A stretch of DNA of 64,000 bases from Blastocystis sp. Blastoise (Eukaryota; Protista; Bigyra: Opalinata): assembly GCA_039096225.1 (NCBI GenBank), contig JBBPEB010000007.1, forward strand, positions 682,001 to 746,000. The letters are read 5' to 3'. The position numbers and the translations under genes were made by a program. A model generated the notes under the pieces. It worked only from the letters and a program-made list of their open reading frames with translations. It was not told the DNA's origin and searched no databases. Below, one piece after another: positions 32,898 to 48,083 of this stretch; positions within the stretch are counted from its first letter, which is position 1; the number at the start of each line of letters is the position of its first letter.

Positions 32898-33689
32898 TTC
32901 TTTTTAGCCAGAAATAAATAAATATATAACAATATTTTTTTAAATTTTTTTGAAACTTGTCAAATAAAACTGTCGTGTAAGTTTTTTTACTATTTTTTAT
33001 ATAATGGCATCTCATGTATGATTGACAGATGTAAATCAATGACAGAGAATTACGTATACAAAATAGATCACGAAATCTATTGGATAATTTTTCTAGTATT
33101 TTTTTTAGTAGTTCCAGTTTTTTAAATTTAAATTTTTAAATTTTATTCAATCAGGATCAAAGATATTTAATGTACCAGTATAAATGATACATGATTTCTC
33201 GTTTTTTTTAATTTAATTCGTTTAAAACATCAAAATGACAGTTATAATGAACATTCATTTTGAGCAAACAAGTAAAAAAAATAAATGAATTAAAGATCAG
33301 GAATATGAATAATTTAGCATGATATAAACAGACTAAATATGTTTTAAAATAAAACAAATAATAAATGAGATCAATACGTGTGAAAAAATACTAGAATCAA
33401 ATTTAAATAGCTTTTTATTCATTAACATCATGAATAAGTATATCTACACCAATTATAGGAGCATAATAAATAGTTAAAGTTAATTTAAAATGTGAATATT
33501 TCTTTTGATGAATATTTGGGTACTGATAATGAGATAAAACATATTTGAAAAGTAGACAGAAATCATCATAATTACAATTTACATATGAAAATGGAATTAT
33601 TGTTAGCTATAAAGAAATTTTAATATATATAATGATTAAATAATAATGTTATAATGATTTATAGATTATAATAATAATATATATATACT

Positions 33690-34760
33690 TTAAAGCTGTT
33701 TTGAATATCAAAAATAGGAATGGAAGAATGTGCTGAAATAAAGAATAAGAATTTTCGTTTTTCTTCATAAGAATAAAATTCTAATACTTCCTACAATCAT
33801 TATATACAAGGTTCAGTAACTGTATATACACCCTTATAGCTATATATACATATATATTATAATAATATAAACAGTAGCATGTAAGTAATAAAAAAGAATA
33901 TATATATATATAGTAATATAGTTAATAAATAACTATATAAATACGTAGTAAGAGATTTCAATAAATTGATATCAATTTCTTTGATTCCTAGAAACATCTC
34001 TTCAATTTATCACCAAAAAAAACACTAATATATATAATTAGGAAGAGACTTCGCTAAATCATAAATAAAAGCATATACTAGTGGTAAACTCTCTTTTAAT
34101 CGTAAAAGACTATATCAACCTGTTTATTCTTTACGTTCACTGAAGAGTACGTGATCTTTAAATATATATCCACAAATCAGTTGTGAAGTGTTGTTCGAAA
34201 GAAGGATAGTCCACGTGACATCATAGAAACTCTTTTCATATCTTCTGCAGACTATATATGTAATAGAAATATAGGATATTATATAATAAGATATATAATA
34301 ATACATTCTATGCTAAATAAATAATAATAAATATTCTATTAAATATTAAATAAAAATACAATATAAAATATACAATAGAATCATATATATAATAATAATA
34401 TACAGAGCATCTATTTATTGGATTCAAATAATCAACATAACCATAATTAATCTCTTTCAAATCTTCTCTATCTATATCTGTACCTGTAAAAATCTTATAT
34501 ACTAACGGAGCTAAGCGGATATTCATTTGAATAGAATAACGCATACTCATACCAATAATAGCAGCTAAAGTCTTTAATAATGCTATTTGTGTTTCGTACT
34601 CAGAATTATACATCTTTAACGGATTAAATATATAGCAATTTCTACCGAGAAGGCTGTAGTTATCTCTCATGTTTGGCGTAAGAAGATAATATATCGGTAT
34701 GTTGAACTCTTTTAATTACATTTTCAAAGATTTTCAATACAGTCACCAATTATCACTAGA
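33690..34760 (-). pseudogene. HECT E3 ubiquitin-ligase domain fragment (HERC-like), degraded
   Basis: RNCYIFNP...LAAIIGMSMRYSIQMNIRLAPLVYKIFTG...EDLKEINYGYVDYL and a later EVLEFYSYEEKRKFLFFISAHSSIP fragment, with stops and frameshifts between the pieces. Confidence 0.65.
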
Positions 34761-35515
34761 ACATATAACCATTTAATAATATTCATAATTATTATTATTA
34801 TAAAATCATAGAAAACAAAAATAAAACAAGAAACAACTAGTCATTTCGAAAAAAAAGAATCACAAAAAGAATTCCAATAAAGAACAAATAAAAGCACTAT
34901 CAATAATTCAATGCATCCTTTATGTAATACTATACCCACACAGATATGTTGATTTTCTAAAAATTGTTGTTGGTACAAGTTAGAATTCTATTAATAATTC
35001 AATAATGAATACTAATACAGTAAATACAACGAAATCAGACAAATATTCATTCAATAATCACGTTATATTGGAATTAAATAGGTTTAAATAATCGAGACTT
35101 GGCATTTCATTTCCGTGGAAATCTTTAATAGTATACTCATCAAATCATATTTTTACATGGGAATGTTAAGACACTAATATTTTTCAATTCTATGATTAAT
35201 ATAAAGCAATAAAGCATAAGAATAAGCAGATAAAACGAAACTAGGATCTAATTAAGAGTGTATAGTTGCGGTTATGAATATATGATATAGAAATGAGAAT
35301 GAATAAGGAATATAGAAGCAAATGACTATAATAAAAACTGTAATGTTTATAATTTATATAAAAGAGCCAAATATTATTAAGAATTGAAATATTTAAAATA
35401 TTTAAAAAGCAAAAGAAAGAAGAACAATACATGAATTATTATTCTAATAGCAACATAAAAATATATATATCTTTTTAAAAAATGAGTAATGAATAATTAT
35501 TATATATATTAACGT

Positions 35516-38131
35516 TTATTCTTTATCAATAATGATAACAGCTACATCCATGACATTTGTTCCTGTAGGGCCAGTAACAATATGATTTTCTTTAAGATGT
35601 TTGAAATAATTATAACTATCTTTATTTTTATAATATTCCATAGCATTAAATCCTTTCTTTGTTCCTTCTTCAATAGTATGTTCATCAACAACACCTCCAG
35701 AAGCATCAGTAGGACCATCAGAACCATCGGTAGCACTACATAACACAGTTATATCTATATATATATAGTATTTTAATAATATAAAGAAACAAAGAATATA
35801 TGTAAGGTTTATTGTATTTATAGAGAGATAATACAAATTTTTAAAAAATGTAATATATATTATTTTAAAGAAATCAAGTAATAATTAATTGTTTTTTATA
35901 ATAACATATATATAATAGTTTTATAAAGATTACAAATAAAAAAAATAAATAATTTATATATATACTTTTACATGTTTGTAGTTCTAAAGCTGCTTTAAGT
36001 GCAAATTCTTGATTTCTACCACCCATTCCTTGTTTACCATCTAATTTAACTACTGTTTCTCCTCCTATATATATATATTAGTTTATTTTAGAAACATCAT
36101 AAAGAAATAGATTTTATAACTATTAAAAAAACACTAAAACATTAAAAATTTTTATATTAAACAAAATATATAATTAGAATAAGAATATAATACATATATA
36201 CCAGCAATAATAGCACAAGGTGCTTTCATTTCATGTTCACCACGAGCTATTTTCTTAGCTAAATCAACAAGTTTCTATATAAGAAAAATAATTATTAATG
36301 ATAATTGAAAAAAAATTATTATTTATATAAAAAAGTAATTAAAACTTATTTAATCTCAAAAATAGTACATATATATATATATACATCGGACATAATATTA
36401 GCTTCTCCTTCTAGTCCACTATAGAGAACTAGAGGTGTATATCCTAAAGCAATGGCGCGAGCTTTGGCGGCATCGAGGGATTGGTCATTATTACCTACAA
36501 TCTTTACTAAGTTACTATATATATATATATATAGAAAGAGAAATAATAAATAATGGTCTTGTTATATAATTATAATTATTATATATTAAAAACTATAATT
36601 AAAAAAGAGAAAAACAATAATATTATATAATAAGTAAAAATAATCTAAAAGATACTGTTGGAAGCATGGATCTGAGGGTTTGGGGGTTTCAGGGATACTT
36701 CCTTTAACGCCATTAGTAATACGATCTTGAACACTATTAATAATAATAATAATTAACATTATTATATATTGATTAAATACTATAATAAACATAGAATTAT
36801 ATATATATATATATACGATTTAGGTACTTTTTCCCAAATATCATATTTCTTCATGATATTGAGACAATCTTGATAAGTGAATTTATCAGGATAAGTCGGT
36901 CCACTAGCAATTGACGAGAGATCATCTCCCATAACATCAGAGAGAACGAGGGATAAGAGGGGAGAAGGATATGCAGCACGTGCTAATTGACCACCCTAGA
37001 TAATGAATAAAAAAGAATTCTTTATAATATATACATAGATAATAATTGTAAAATAATTTTTTTTTTTTAAATAATAATAGATTAAAAAAAATAATAATAA
37101 TAGTTAAAAAATATTAATAGAATAATAAAAGAATAATTAAAACTAAAGAAATACTTTAATAGAAGATAAGTGTTTACGAACACAGTTCATTTCTACGATA
37201 TCAGCTCCAGATCCTAATAATAACTTCGTCGTTTTTTGAAGATCTTCTAAGGATAGAGGAGAAGCAGGAAGACATAATAAAGCACTACCTCCTCCACTTA
37301 TCAGACTAACAACTAAAGTATTCTTATCTCCTTTACTTACAGTCTCTATAATCTTCTTTGAGCCTAAAACACCTATATATAAGAAATAAATAGTAAACTC
37401 ATAGAAATAATATATATATATATATTGATTTATTTCATATTTATGTTATATAAATAACATTATTTTGTTATATAATAAATAACATTATATTATATATATA
37501 AATATATTATATTATATATATAAACATGAATAAAAATAACTTACTGTTTTTATCAGGTACAGGATGAGCAGCTTCAATTATATTGATATTCTTGAAAGTA
37601 GCTCCTTTTGAATACTTATATCTATAGAATAATAAAGAAACATTTAATAAATATATATAATATTTGGTTATTCTTTAAAAAATAGATAAATATAATTTTT
37701 AAATAAGATAAATATAATTTTTAAAATAGATAAATATAATTTTTAAAATATAGATAAAAGCAATTAAAAATATAGATAAAAATAATTTTTAAAAATAAAT
37801 AAAAATAATTAAAAAAAACACATAAATACTTAGTGACAACTTGACCATCAACAACTTTGGAGTTAAAAAATGTAGAAGCAGCTTCTACCATAGGAATAGC
37901 ACCTTTACCTCCACCGACAACAATAACTTTTTGATAATCAGAAGCATGTTTTCCATTGATTACGCATTCATCGCTCTTTAAGAAATTGTAAACGGAACTA
38001 TAGGGATCAGCTCGTTTCAGGGCATCATTAAAGATTTGAAGTGCTGCTGTTCTTCTTGAAGAACAAGATGAGAACGTTCTCATAATAGAAGGATACATAG
38101 CAGAACAATTAGAGATTTTTGTGACGAACAT
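35516..38131 (-). CDS. GLYCTK: Glycerate kinase (TtuD/GckA/MOFRL family), 9 exons, N-terminal organelle-targeting-like extension
   Basis: VVGGGKGA, EAAHPVPD, LISGGGSALL, EMNCVRKHLSSIK/GGQLA, SDVMGDDLSSIASGPT, AGGETVV, GMGGRNQEFAL, ATDGSDGPTDASGG, TGPTGTNVMD. Confidence 0.92.
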
Positions 38132-39099
38132 GAGTAGAAATAACAAATAATGACTGAGAGAAGTTTTCTCAACAATTTGTATTTCTTTGAAAAAATGAAT
38201 TTTATAAAAAAGAGTATCCAAAGAAGAAAAAATGAAATGTTCACTATATCTCGAAAAATAATCGCGAATACATTCCAGTTACTATAGAAACAAGAGAAGA
38301 ACAAGAGAACCTTTCTCCATTTTGTAATGAATGTTTTCTTTAAACACGTATATATTGATGAAAATGAAGTCTAAGCTGATATAATAAAGCCTATCCGTAC
38401 CTGAATGTTTTTGATATCTCATATATGACAACAAAAAACAATTTAAAATACTTTGACTCATTTTTTATGGCAATTATTTTTCTTTTTTTTTCGTTTGACG
38501 TCTCCATAATAATTCTCATATCACTTTATATATTGCTAACTAATTCTTTTATGCATCATAATCAATATTCAATCAGACGATACTTCATTCTGTGATCTGT
38601 GTTGTTTTTTAATGATACTATATTGATATTATTTTCTTTATTAATTTTTATTGCATTTATTATTTGAATACAATAGAATTCTTTAAGAACTGTATTAATA
38701 ATGTTTACCAAACAACTTTTTCGTGTAAGATTTATAGAAAAATGAATATGCAATAAGATTTCAAACGAGTTTCTTTCATTCAAATTTATAAAAAACATCA
38801 AAAATGAAAGTAAATAATAAATAATTATTAAATAAAAACATAATTCTTATTCTCTTTATTTATTGGTTGAACAAAAGACGAACTTGAATCAGCCAGTAAT
38901 ACATAAATGTATTCACACTTACCACTTTTTTTTGGATATTCATGGTAAAAAATACAATTTCAGTCAATACTAATTGAAGAACAATGATTATTATTCTTCG
39001 GTTCAAAAATAATGACTCCTATAATATCGGTTTAAAAAACCCTTACAATTCAACTGTCTTTCATAGATACGTATTCAATTGAAGATAAGAAGAATCATC

Positions 39100-41177
39100 A
39101 TGCATATCAAAGATGCAGTGAATAAAGAAAACAAGGGTTTTCTATGTGTAGTCACTCTAGGATTAATAGTTCTGTTGTTTTGTGATATTTTCGCGTATGT
39201 AGTTAGTGATATTTCAAGTCTATTTTTATAGACCAATGCATGATAGTAGCAAGAGTATTAATATTATCAAGATATCACATCAAGTATATATTTTTTTGTC
39301 AATAAATACTGTGTTTAAATTTGTTTCTATCATTTAACTAATGTAGTTCACAGCTAATGATATAAACAAATCGATGAACAGTATTTCTTTTAAATCAAAT
39401 CTTACAAAGGAAAACATCAGTATATCAATTATTTTTTTATATAAAAATATTCTTTATTCCTTCTATAGCCATAAATAATGAAAAAACAAACTTAGTTTCC
39501 ACGTCTACTTCAGAATCAATCATAAATCAGCCAGTTATTAACAATATCCCTACTCAAATCTCTAAATCAAATGAATTAATCAGCAAGGATTGTATTTTTT
39601 TAAATACAATATTCATCAAAACTTCATAATTTCATCATTATTTATAGCAACTGATACTTCAATTCAACCTATAGATTCTACAAAAATCAACAGTATTATC
39701 CCTGAAACTCATTCAAATATTAAAATTAAGAATAATGCTGATAATGATATCTCTAAAAATACAAGTATAGCAATTATTTACTTTTTTTTTATATACTGAA
39801 TTCTTGAGTACCACATATATATTCATATATTTGAATATATTATCTATAGATATAAATATAAATAAGATTTCAAAACCAATGGCTGATATTCCTGAATATA
39901 AAACGATAATTAATCCACTTTATAATTCATCATCACCTCCTCAACAATATCCATTAAATAGTAATATATATTTATATATTTATTTATATAGATTCTTTAT
40001 AAATAATACATTTACTATAATCAATAATACATATATATAGATCAATATTGTAATACTATCAAGTTAATGTTGTATCCCCGTGGGGGAATGGGGAATCAAA
40101 TGAATTTAATGGCATTCATGTGGTACTTATCAGCTATCTATAAAATACCTATATATAGTATAGATATTATTATTTATATTTATATGTTTATTTTATTAAA
40201 ATATGTTCTATTATTATTATATATCTATAATTTACATTTATAAAATAATACATTTCTCTCTAGTTCCTTCTGATTCTATTTTTAATACTATTTTAAGTAT
40301 ACCAGAATTATTTTCTGGACAAATTGTAATATTTAATGAAAAGAATCGTAAAACAATTACAGAAACTCAATTTTTACATATTAATTATCAAGTTACAAAA
40401 GATTTATTATATATGAATGATTTAGAAAAAGAAGGTAATATCATGCGAGATAGTATACTTAAAGATACATTTTGTAATGATTATAAATATCAAATTATTC
40501 ATATATATGGTCACACACCTTGTTATGAAATGCTTTTTAATCATGAAAAATTTAAATATTATTTATATCAATATCATTTTAATCCACTTATATGGAATCC
40601 TGTTGTTACACTAGATAGTCATTATCAATATATGGTACCATTTTTAAAAGTTGTTAAACCTAAACAAAATCTCTTAGATGAAATGTATAGAATATTCCCT
40701 GGATATAATACAACAAGATTCTTATCCGTACATGGTCGTTTCCTTGGATCTTTATCAGATTTTCCTGATGATGAACAACGTATTACTGTTTGTGAATTAG
40801 ATGAATTTTTAAATACTATTAATAAAACAATGATTGAATCTCATAATCAATATTTTTATCTTGCTAGTGATTCTACTAAATTTAAACGATATGCACAAAA
40901 GAGATTTAATACTCAATGTATAGTAGGTAATTTAACAGAAATAAAAAATTCAAATTATGAACGTATTTATGAAAAAGATTCTATAGATAAATTACAAGCA
41001 CAATTAGAAGCAGCTGCTGAATATATGATTCTTCAATATGGTAATAGTTGTATTGCTTCTATTCGATCTAGTTTTAGTTATCAAGCATGCACATTACTTA
41101 TGAAACCATTTATTATTTTTGGACATCGAATTCATCCTCCTTGTTATAAATCACTTTCTGATATTTTTATTTATTAA
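39100..41177 (+). CDS. Type II membrane fucosyltransferase-like glycosyltransferase (GT11/GT23/O-FucT clan)
   Basis: N-terminal TM and Ser/Thr/Asn-rich stem exons, then PRGGMGNQM, FLSVHGRF, YFYLASDS and AEYMILQYGNSCIASIRSSFS. The exons splice in frame. Confidence 0.7.
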
Positions 41178-41206
41178 TTGATTTATTTTTTTATTTATTT
41201 ATTTTT

Positions 41207-41269
<63 letters not shown>

Positions 41270-41707
41270 TTATTATCAATAGGATTGTTTAAATTAATAC
41301 TTTTTTCTTTATTTAGCAAATGTTCTTGTTTACTTTTTTGTTATTCATTGTCGTATATATTTCTATTTCTTTTGTTCTTCAATGTATTTTTTTTTATTTA
41401 TTGTATCATTCATTCTATTATTATGATTAATATATTTCGTTATATTATTCTTTCAAATCATATTAATACATATTATATATATTATATTTATAATAAAACA
41501 AAACATCTGATTAACAACATTATATAATAGTATATTAAAAATGAAATAAAATAATAATCGAAATTTCTTTATTTAAAAAAAACAAAAAAAAGTCCTACTA
41601 TAAGTATTATTTTTTTGTTAGAAATAATATATATATATATAAGTGAAACTTTCAAAAATAAATTTTTGTTTCGTATAAAAATAATATATATATATATATA
41701 TATATAT

Positions 41708-42120
41708 TTAAAGAGGGTATCTAGTTTGAGGATGACTCCAGTCTTCATTATATTTACTCATAATAACATGCAGAATAGCATCATCAACTTGAATAGCAAG
41801 ATGTCTATCATCAACATGACAAGGAAGATTCTTCCAATCATTAGTACACTTACTGTTTATATAAGAAGTACATGTGGTCATATCCATAGTATTAATAGTA
41901 GCTACTTGACGAAGAACAATATGAGACATAGAATATAACATTTGTAAATTAGGATCATAATAATTATCAGGCATAATGACTATAGCAGCACTATAAGGTT
42001 GTAAAAAGAGAATATAATAAATAAATGAATTATAAGGCATAAGAAGAACATCTATATGAGTAATTAATTCAACACGTTCAGCAACAGTAAGAGGAGTCAT
42101 AGACGTACGTGTGACTTGCC

Positions 42121-42161
<41 letters not shown>

Positions 42162-42865
42162 GTATATATTATTATATAATATATATATATATTATTATAT
42201 ATATAATTATATTATTATAATAATAAAAATAAAAATTCTTAATAAAAGAAGAAGAAATATTTTTAAAATTGATGATTTATAAAATAAAAATAACTATATA
42301 ACTATATATATATACGTAAGGAGATCCTTTAAGAGCTTTTCTTGTGGTTTCAGCTTCATCACACCATTGAAATCCCTCAGGTTCATGTAATACAGTAATA
42401 TTTAATATTTTTCTAGTATTAACAACAGCTTTATAATTTAGAATACGATTAAATAAATCTTGTTGAATAGAATGTAAACATAAATATGGATATGTTGATG
42501 TTTCTTGTTTCAACTCAACCTATATATATATTATTATTATTATTATTATTATTTTTAATATTATAATATAATATAATATAATATATAATAATGTTATAAG
42601 ATTGTAAAAAATAATATAAAATAATATCTTTAGTATTATAAAATAAATATATATATATATATACAACAGTATGTGTTAAATATAATCTATTGTAAACATC
42701 AGTATGATTATCATAGGATGCTATATTAGTAGAATCTGATAAATAATATTGAGTTATATAAGTAAAATAATTAAATAAATCTGGATTCTCATGAATTTCT
42801 TTAGGAATATAACACACAGAAATATCCTTCTATATATGAATATATAAGAAAACAAAATAATATAT

Positions 42866-42907
<42 letters not shown>

Positions 42908-43328
42908 TAGATTGAATACCATTTTGATAAAATAATAAAGGAATAGCATTAATTAAACTATAATACCCAAGTATTGTTTGCTGATTTGTATATAATATCA
43001 CACATACTAGTTTATCTAAACCAACACTCTTTTCGCTAATCTGTCTATTTGTAACGAATACATGAGGGATATTATAAAATGTAGAATAAATATTCTCTTC
43101 TACATCAACTTGGACCATTTGCTCAGTTGAGTTATCCGTAGAAAGAGAAGATGTTTTTAACAAAATCGAATTAACATGAACAACTGGTTCTAAAGTATCT
43201 TTTTCCATTTCACTTTTTTCCTGAGTGATATTCATAGCATTTTCATTATTTCTAGAATTACTTAGCACGAAAATAATGGTTAGCATGAAAATAGATAACA
43301 CTGTACCAAATGTATTTATAAAGCTCAT
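41708..43328 (-). CDS. Type II membrane GT61 (DUF563)-like glycosyltransferase, degenerate active-site motif
   Basis: N-terminal TM. The C-terminal MTPLTVAERVELITHIDVLLMPYNSFIYYILFLQPYSAAIVIMP matches the GT61 pattern (EQv....adv...pHGAgl.n.lf.p....vie..p). Four exons in frame. Confidence 0.55.
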
Positions 43329-44288
43329 ACTCGAATATCAAATAAAAAAGTAAAAATAAATATATTTTATGAGATTTCACAAATCTAGATATGACTGATC
43401 AGGAAAAGAAAACCAAAAATTACGGTTATTTTCAAGAAACTTTATAAGTATTTGTAGGTATTTAGTTCTCTTTGCTAAAAAACGAAAGTTTTTATTTTCT
43501 GTAGATAAAACACCTCATTTCTGAATTGTTTGATCGACTTTTTAAAGCGAATTACTTCATATAGCTACTTGGTTCAACTTTCTTATACTGTTTCTTTTGT
43601 TTAACTCTTTATCTTAATACAAATATAAACATATCTTTTCAAAGACTCAAAGATGTTTAGAGTTTCCGTAGATCTTATGGAGTTTTGTAAGACAAGATTT
43701 TTTTAGTATATCTGTTGTTTCATAACTCTTGTCTCTATGGTATATTTACATACATAAAGATAAAGTAGCCAATTGAAAGAAATGACGTATCATTTAAAAA
43801 TTGAAAGATGATAATATAATGTTATATATTGATTGATCAAAGGTCTAGACTACTCTCTACATAAATTTATTATTTGGGAATGAATATTGAGACTCTAAAA
43901 AACTTTTTTCATAAATATTATTTTTATTGTCTTATGTTAATTTTCTCCATATTATACTTACTCCATTGTATACATAGAGACATATATGATAGTTTCAGTA
44001 TATTAATAATCAAATTATTTAGAAAAATTGTTATATAATACATTAAAAATCTCAATCAAAATAGCAACATATAAGGTTATTTGTATATAAGCAATTGATA
44101 ATGAATGGATGAAAAATAAAGTAATAAATGTTTTTAAACTCAATTTTGTTGGTGACATAGAGAGATATATATGTTGTTTAATATAATTATTCTACGTATT
44201 ATTGTTTTATAGTATTAATAAAGGAATAAGAATCACCAAACAAAGAATAATAGATATTACTTAATATTACATATATATATAGTATATA

Positions 44289-45504
44289 TTATAAGGGAGT
44301 TATATAGAGAAAGCCACCTCTTCCCGCCAATATTATGTACTGTTTCCCGCCAATCTTAGGACCCATTACGACTTTAGACCTGTATATGTGTTATTATTAT
44401 TATATTTATTATATATTATTATTATATTTATTATATATTATTATTATATTTATTATATATTATTATTATATTTATTATTATATTTATTATACATTATTAT
44501 TATATAATTTTATTATACATAATTATATATTATTATTATATTTATTATTATCATATTTATTATCATATTTATTATTATCATATTTATTATTATATTTATT
44601 ATATATATTATAATAAATAATATATACCATCCATTTCTGACATCTGTATTATTTCTTAATAAATCGTCTTGCTTATGGGTGAATGTACACTTGGTACTAT
44701 TATCAATTGTATATATAACATTTCCATTACCCGTACAAAACACATTTGATAATGAAGAATTAGATTGGTCAGTTGTACTACTTTGTTTCGCATCCTGTCC
44801 ATTTGGTTGGTCAACGATAAATGGAGGTATCGGCATGAAACGGAAAGAGGGATCTGAAGTGGATAACGAAATATGCGTATTATTTACTATATACAATTCT
44901 TGTGTTCTTCTATATATATAGTTTATTGTATAGAGAAAGATTATTATATATATTATTATATATATGTATTATATGTATTATATAGATACTATTATATGCA
45001 TTATAGTATTATTATCATATAGAGAAAATAAATAATATATATATACGCTAATTTATCTCTAGGTCTTTTCAATAGCGATCGGTAAAAACACTGGCCATTA
45101 CTTGTCGTTATAAGTATACAGGAATGACTCTAAAGATAGGGGAAATAAATATATACATTATGATTCTATATACATCATCAAAATATGTGTCTGTTATAGA
45201 ATAAGCAGTCATAAACCTATATATATATATATATATATAGCATATTTATATATATAGCATATTTATATATAGCACATATATATAGCATATTTATATATAG
45301 CATATTTATATATAGCATATATATGTATATAGAGAGCATATATATACAAAGCTCCGAGATGTTCAGTTTCATAATAACAGGCTGTTATATCACTCTGAGT
45401 CACAAATAATGGCAAAAGATATCTTTATATTTTAAATATAAATATAAATATATAATATATATGACAAATAATAATATATGATAATATATAAAAAAGTAAT
45501 AAAC

Positions 45505-45549
<45 letters not shown>

Positions 45550-46843
45550 CAGAAATATTAAATGAAAAAACACTGAAAATCGGATCACCACCTAATTTAT
45601 AAGCTTGACGTAATAACTGCGGGGATTCATATAAATTTATAACATAGAATACAGCACTCTATATATAGAATCAATTAAATATAAAAGTACCAACATACTA
45701 TATATTCTGTAATATATATATATATATATATATACATCTGTTCCTACATAGAAAATATGAGGTTCACAACTATCTTGAGAGAGAGAAAGAATAGCATTTT
45801 GGCGGTATAATGTGGAGGGAATAGAATAACTACTCTGTAATAAAGCTGTTCCATCTGTTTCAAGTGAATATATATATATAGTACCTTGATCAGACCCCAT
45901 ATAAAATAATTGCGGGGAGAATCGATCTTGTAGGACACAAGTGAAGCGTCCCCGCGGGGGATGAATATTTAATACAGGATCATAAGAAAATAAAGGATAC
46001 TATTATATAATGATTATATAGTATTTCTAATTATATATATATATAAATACCTTTTTTGGGGTATCAGGAATCTCTTTAGGAATCTATATATATATATATA
46101 TATAATATATATATATATACAGCATAAAGATGAACTTCTCCATTAATAAGAGCACATAAAATAGCTTTGGCGGGAAAAGATGATTTTTGGAGGGAAGATG
46201 CACCGGGAATAAATTTTAAATAAGAAGGAGAAACAGGTACAGTGAGAAATATATATGGAGTCATATTTAGATTATCATCTACAGTATATATATATATAAC
46301 ACTTTTCGAACGATCCTTATTGTACGGTGTAACATAAAGATCATTAGAAAAGGTCAATGTAGATGTTGCTATGAATCCCCGCGGGGAAGCAGCAGCAGAT
46401 GATGCCGGTAGTTCGCTATATACCGCGGCATCTTTTATTTTAACTTCAGAATATGTATATAATAATTCTTTATTGTCCTTCTCTTCTACATTCTCTTTAT
46501 CTTTTTCTTCTTTTTCTTTTTTATTCTCATTTTCTTCTTCTTTTTCTTCTTCTTTTTCTTCTTCTTTTTCTTCTTCTTCTTTAATATCTTCTTCTTCTTC
46601 TTCTTCTTCTTTAACTGAATTTTTCTTTGTTTTTTTTGTTGATACTTTTGATTTTCTCTTTTTCTTACTATTTGATGATTGTGATTCTAATACATCTATT
46701 GACATACGGAGTGTCTCTGGAGAGATTCCCGTGGGAATATCATCAGCAACTAGATCTATATAAGCTAAAGTTTGTATATAATTTCCAAGTGAAAGAAATG
46801 ATTTCGTTGAATCAGAATATGAAGAAAGAGGAGGAAATCGATC

Positions 46844-46874
<31 letters not shown>

Positions 46875-47245
46875 AAAAACTTATAAAAATATATATTTCT
46901 AGATATACATGTATGTGAATCAAAAGATATATCTAATGGCGGCATTTGAAGATCTTTCAAATAATTGGCGGGAAGAGGATCATCCGATCGATATATAGGC
47001 GTGTGATAAACTGCAGGAATATATGGACCTGAAAAAGAATATATATATATATTTAGATATATATATAACGTATACTATATAAAATATATATAATATATAA
47101 ATACATTCATCATAAGATTTACAATTGTTTTTGGTGTGAAATTCTAATTCAGACAATTGTGAAAAAACCTATAATACATAAATATAGTGTAATTCTTGTT
47201 ATATATATATCTAAATTATACTAGATAATGACAAAAATAATAAAA

Positions 47246-47290
<45 letters not shown>

Positions 47291-48083
47291 ATAGAAAACT
47301 ATTGTTTCTGCATACCTGTTGACATAGAGGACAAATAACAGAAGAACCGCTGGAATTTATGTTGTTGATAGATGCTGATAGTTTACAATGTGCTTCATGA
47401 TAAGTAAAACCCATTTTCGTTGTTAATACCCTATATATATATAATTAATAAACATAATTCACTTAATAATATATCTACATATATAAATTGAATTAAATAA
47501 TAGTTTACATACTTTTGACATTTAGAACAAATGAACTTTTGAGGCTAAATATATAATTAATCATATATATTTATATATATATATTAACAGACATCAATAT
47601 AATATATAAAAATATATACAGTTGCCATTTTCTTTGGTGACTTTGTAGTTTTCTTTGGAGTTGAAGATTTCTGAGTAGTTTTTTTAGTCGTTCTCTTTTC
47701 ATTTATACTTTTTCCATCTTTTAATACCTTATTATCTGAAGAACCCAAAAGAATATCTTGAGATTCTGAATTAGATTGTGTAGAGGAGATAATTGGAGTC
47801 GATATATCATCTAATATATCGTTACTATCATCGGTCTATATTATAATACAATTATTTAATTTAAAATAAAGCATACTTCACATAAATCCACAGTATTACT
47901 TTTTGTTTTCTTCTTTTTCTCATTTGTTGATTCTTCTTCACATCGTTTGGTTCCTTTCATATTATTATGTTCATTAATACTCTTAACTGAAGACGATTCA
48001 TGATCATTTGATTCTGTTTGTGATTTTTTTTTTGTTGAATTCACGTCAGATTTAGTTGAAGAAAAGAAATCATCAATTCTCAT
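44289..48083 (-). CDS. Multi-exon protein with two N-terminal C2HC zinc fingers, an acidic/basic insert and a WD40-like region; TFIIIC subunit GTF3C2/Tfc6-like
   Basis: Spliced FICSKCQKVLTTKMGFTYHEAHC and VICPLCQQVFSQLSELEFHTKNNC. Also AILCALINGEVHLYA/IP, YMGSDQGTIYIYSL and a terminal IILAGRGGFLYITPL* resembling the GTF3C2 propeller. Confidence 0.5.

Noticed and set aside
36515-36655. U12-type GT-AG intron in glycerate kinase (donor GTATCTTTT)
   Set aside because: No CCTTAA(C/T)-like branch point near the acceptor, so it cannot be distinguished from a major intron.
45990-46000. GTATCCTTT perfect U12 donor on the minus strand
   Set aside because: It spans an acceptor AG and exon start (ag|TAT CCT TTA) that is already in frame, so it is coincidental.
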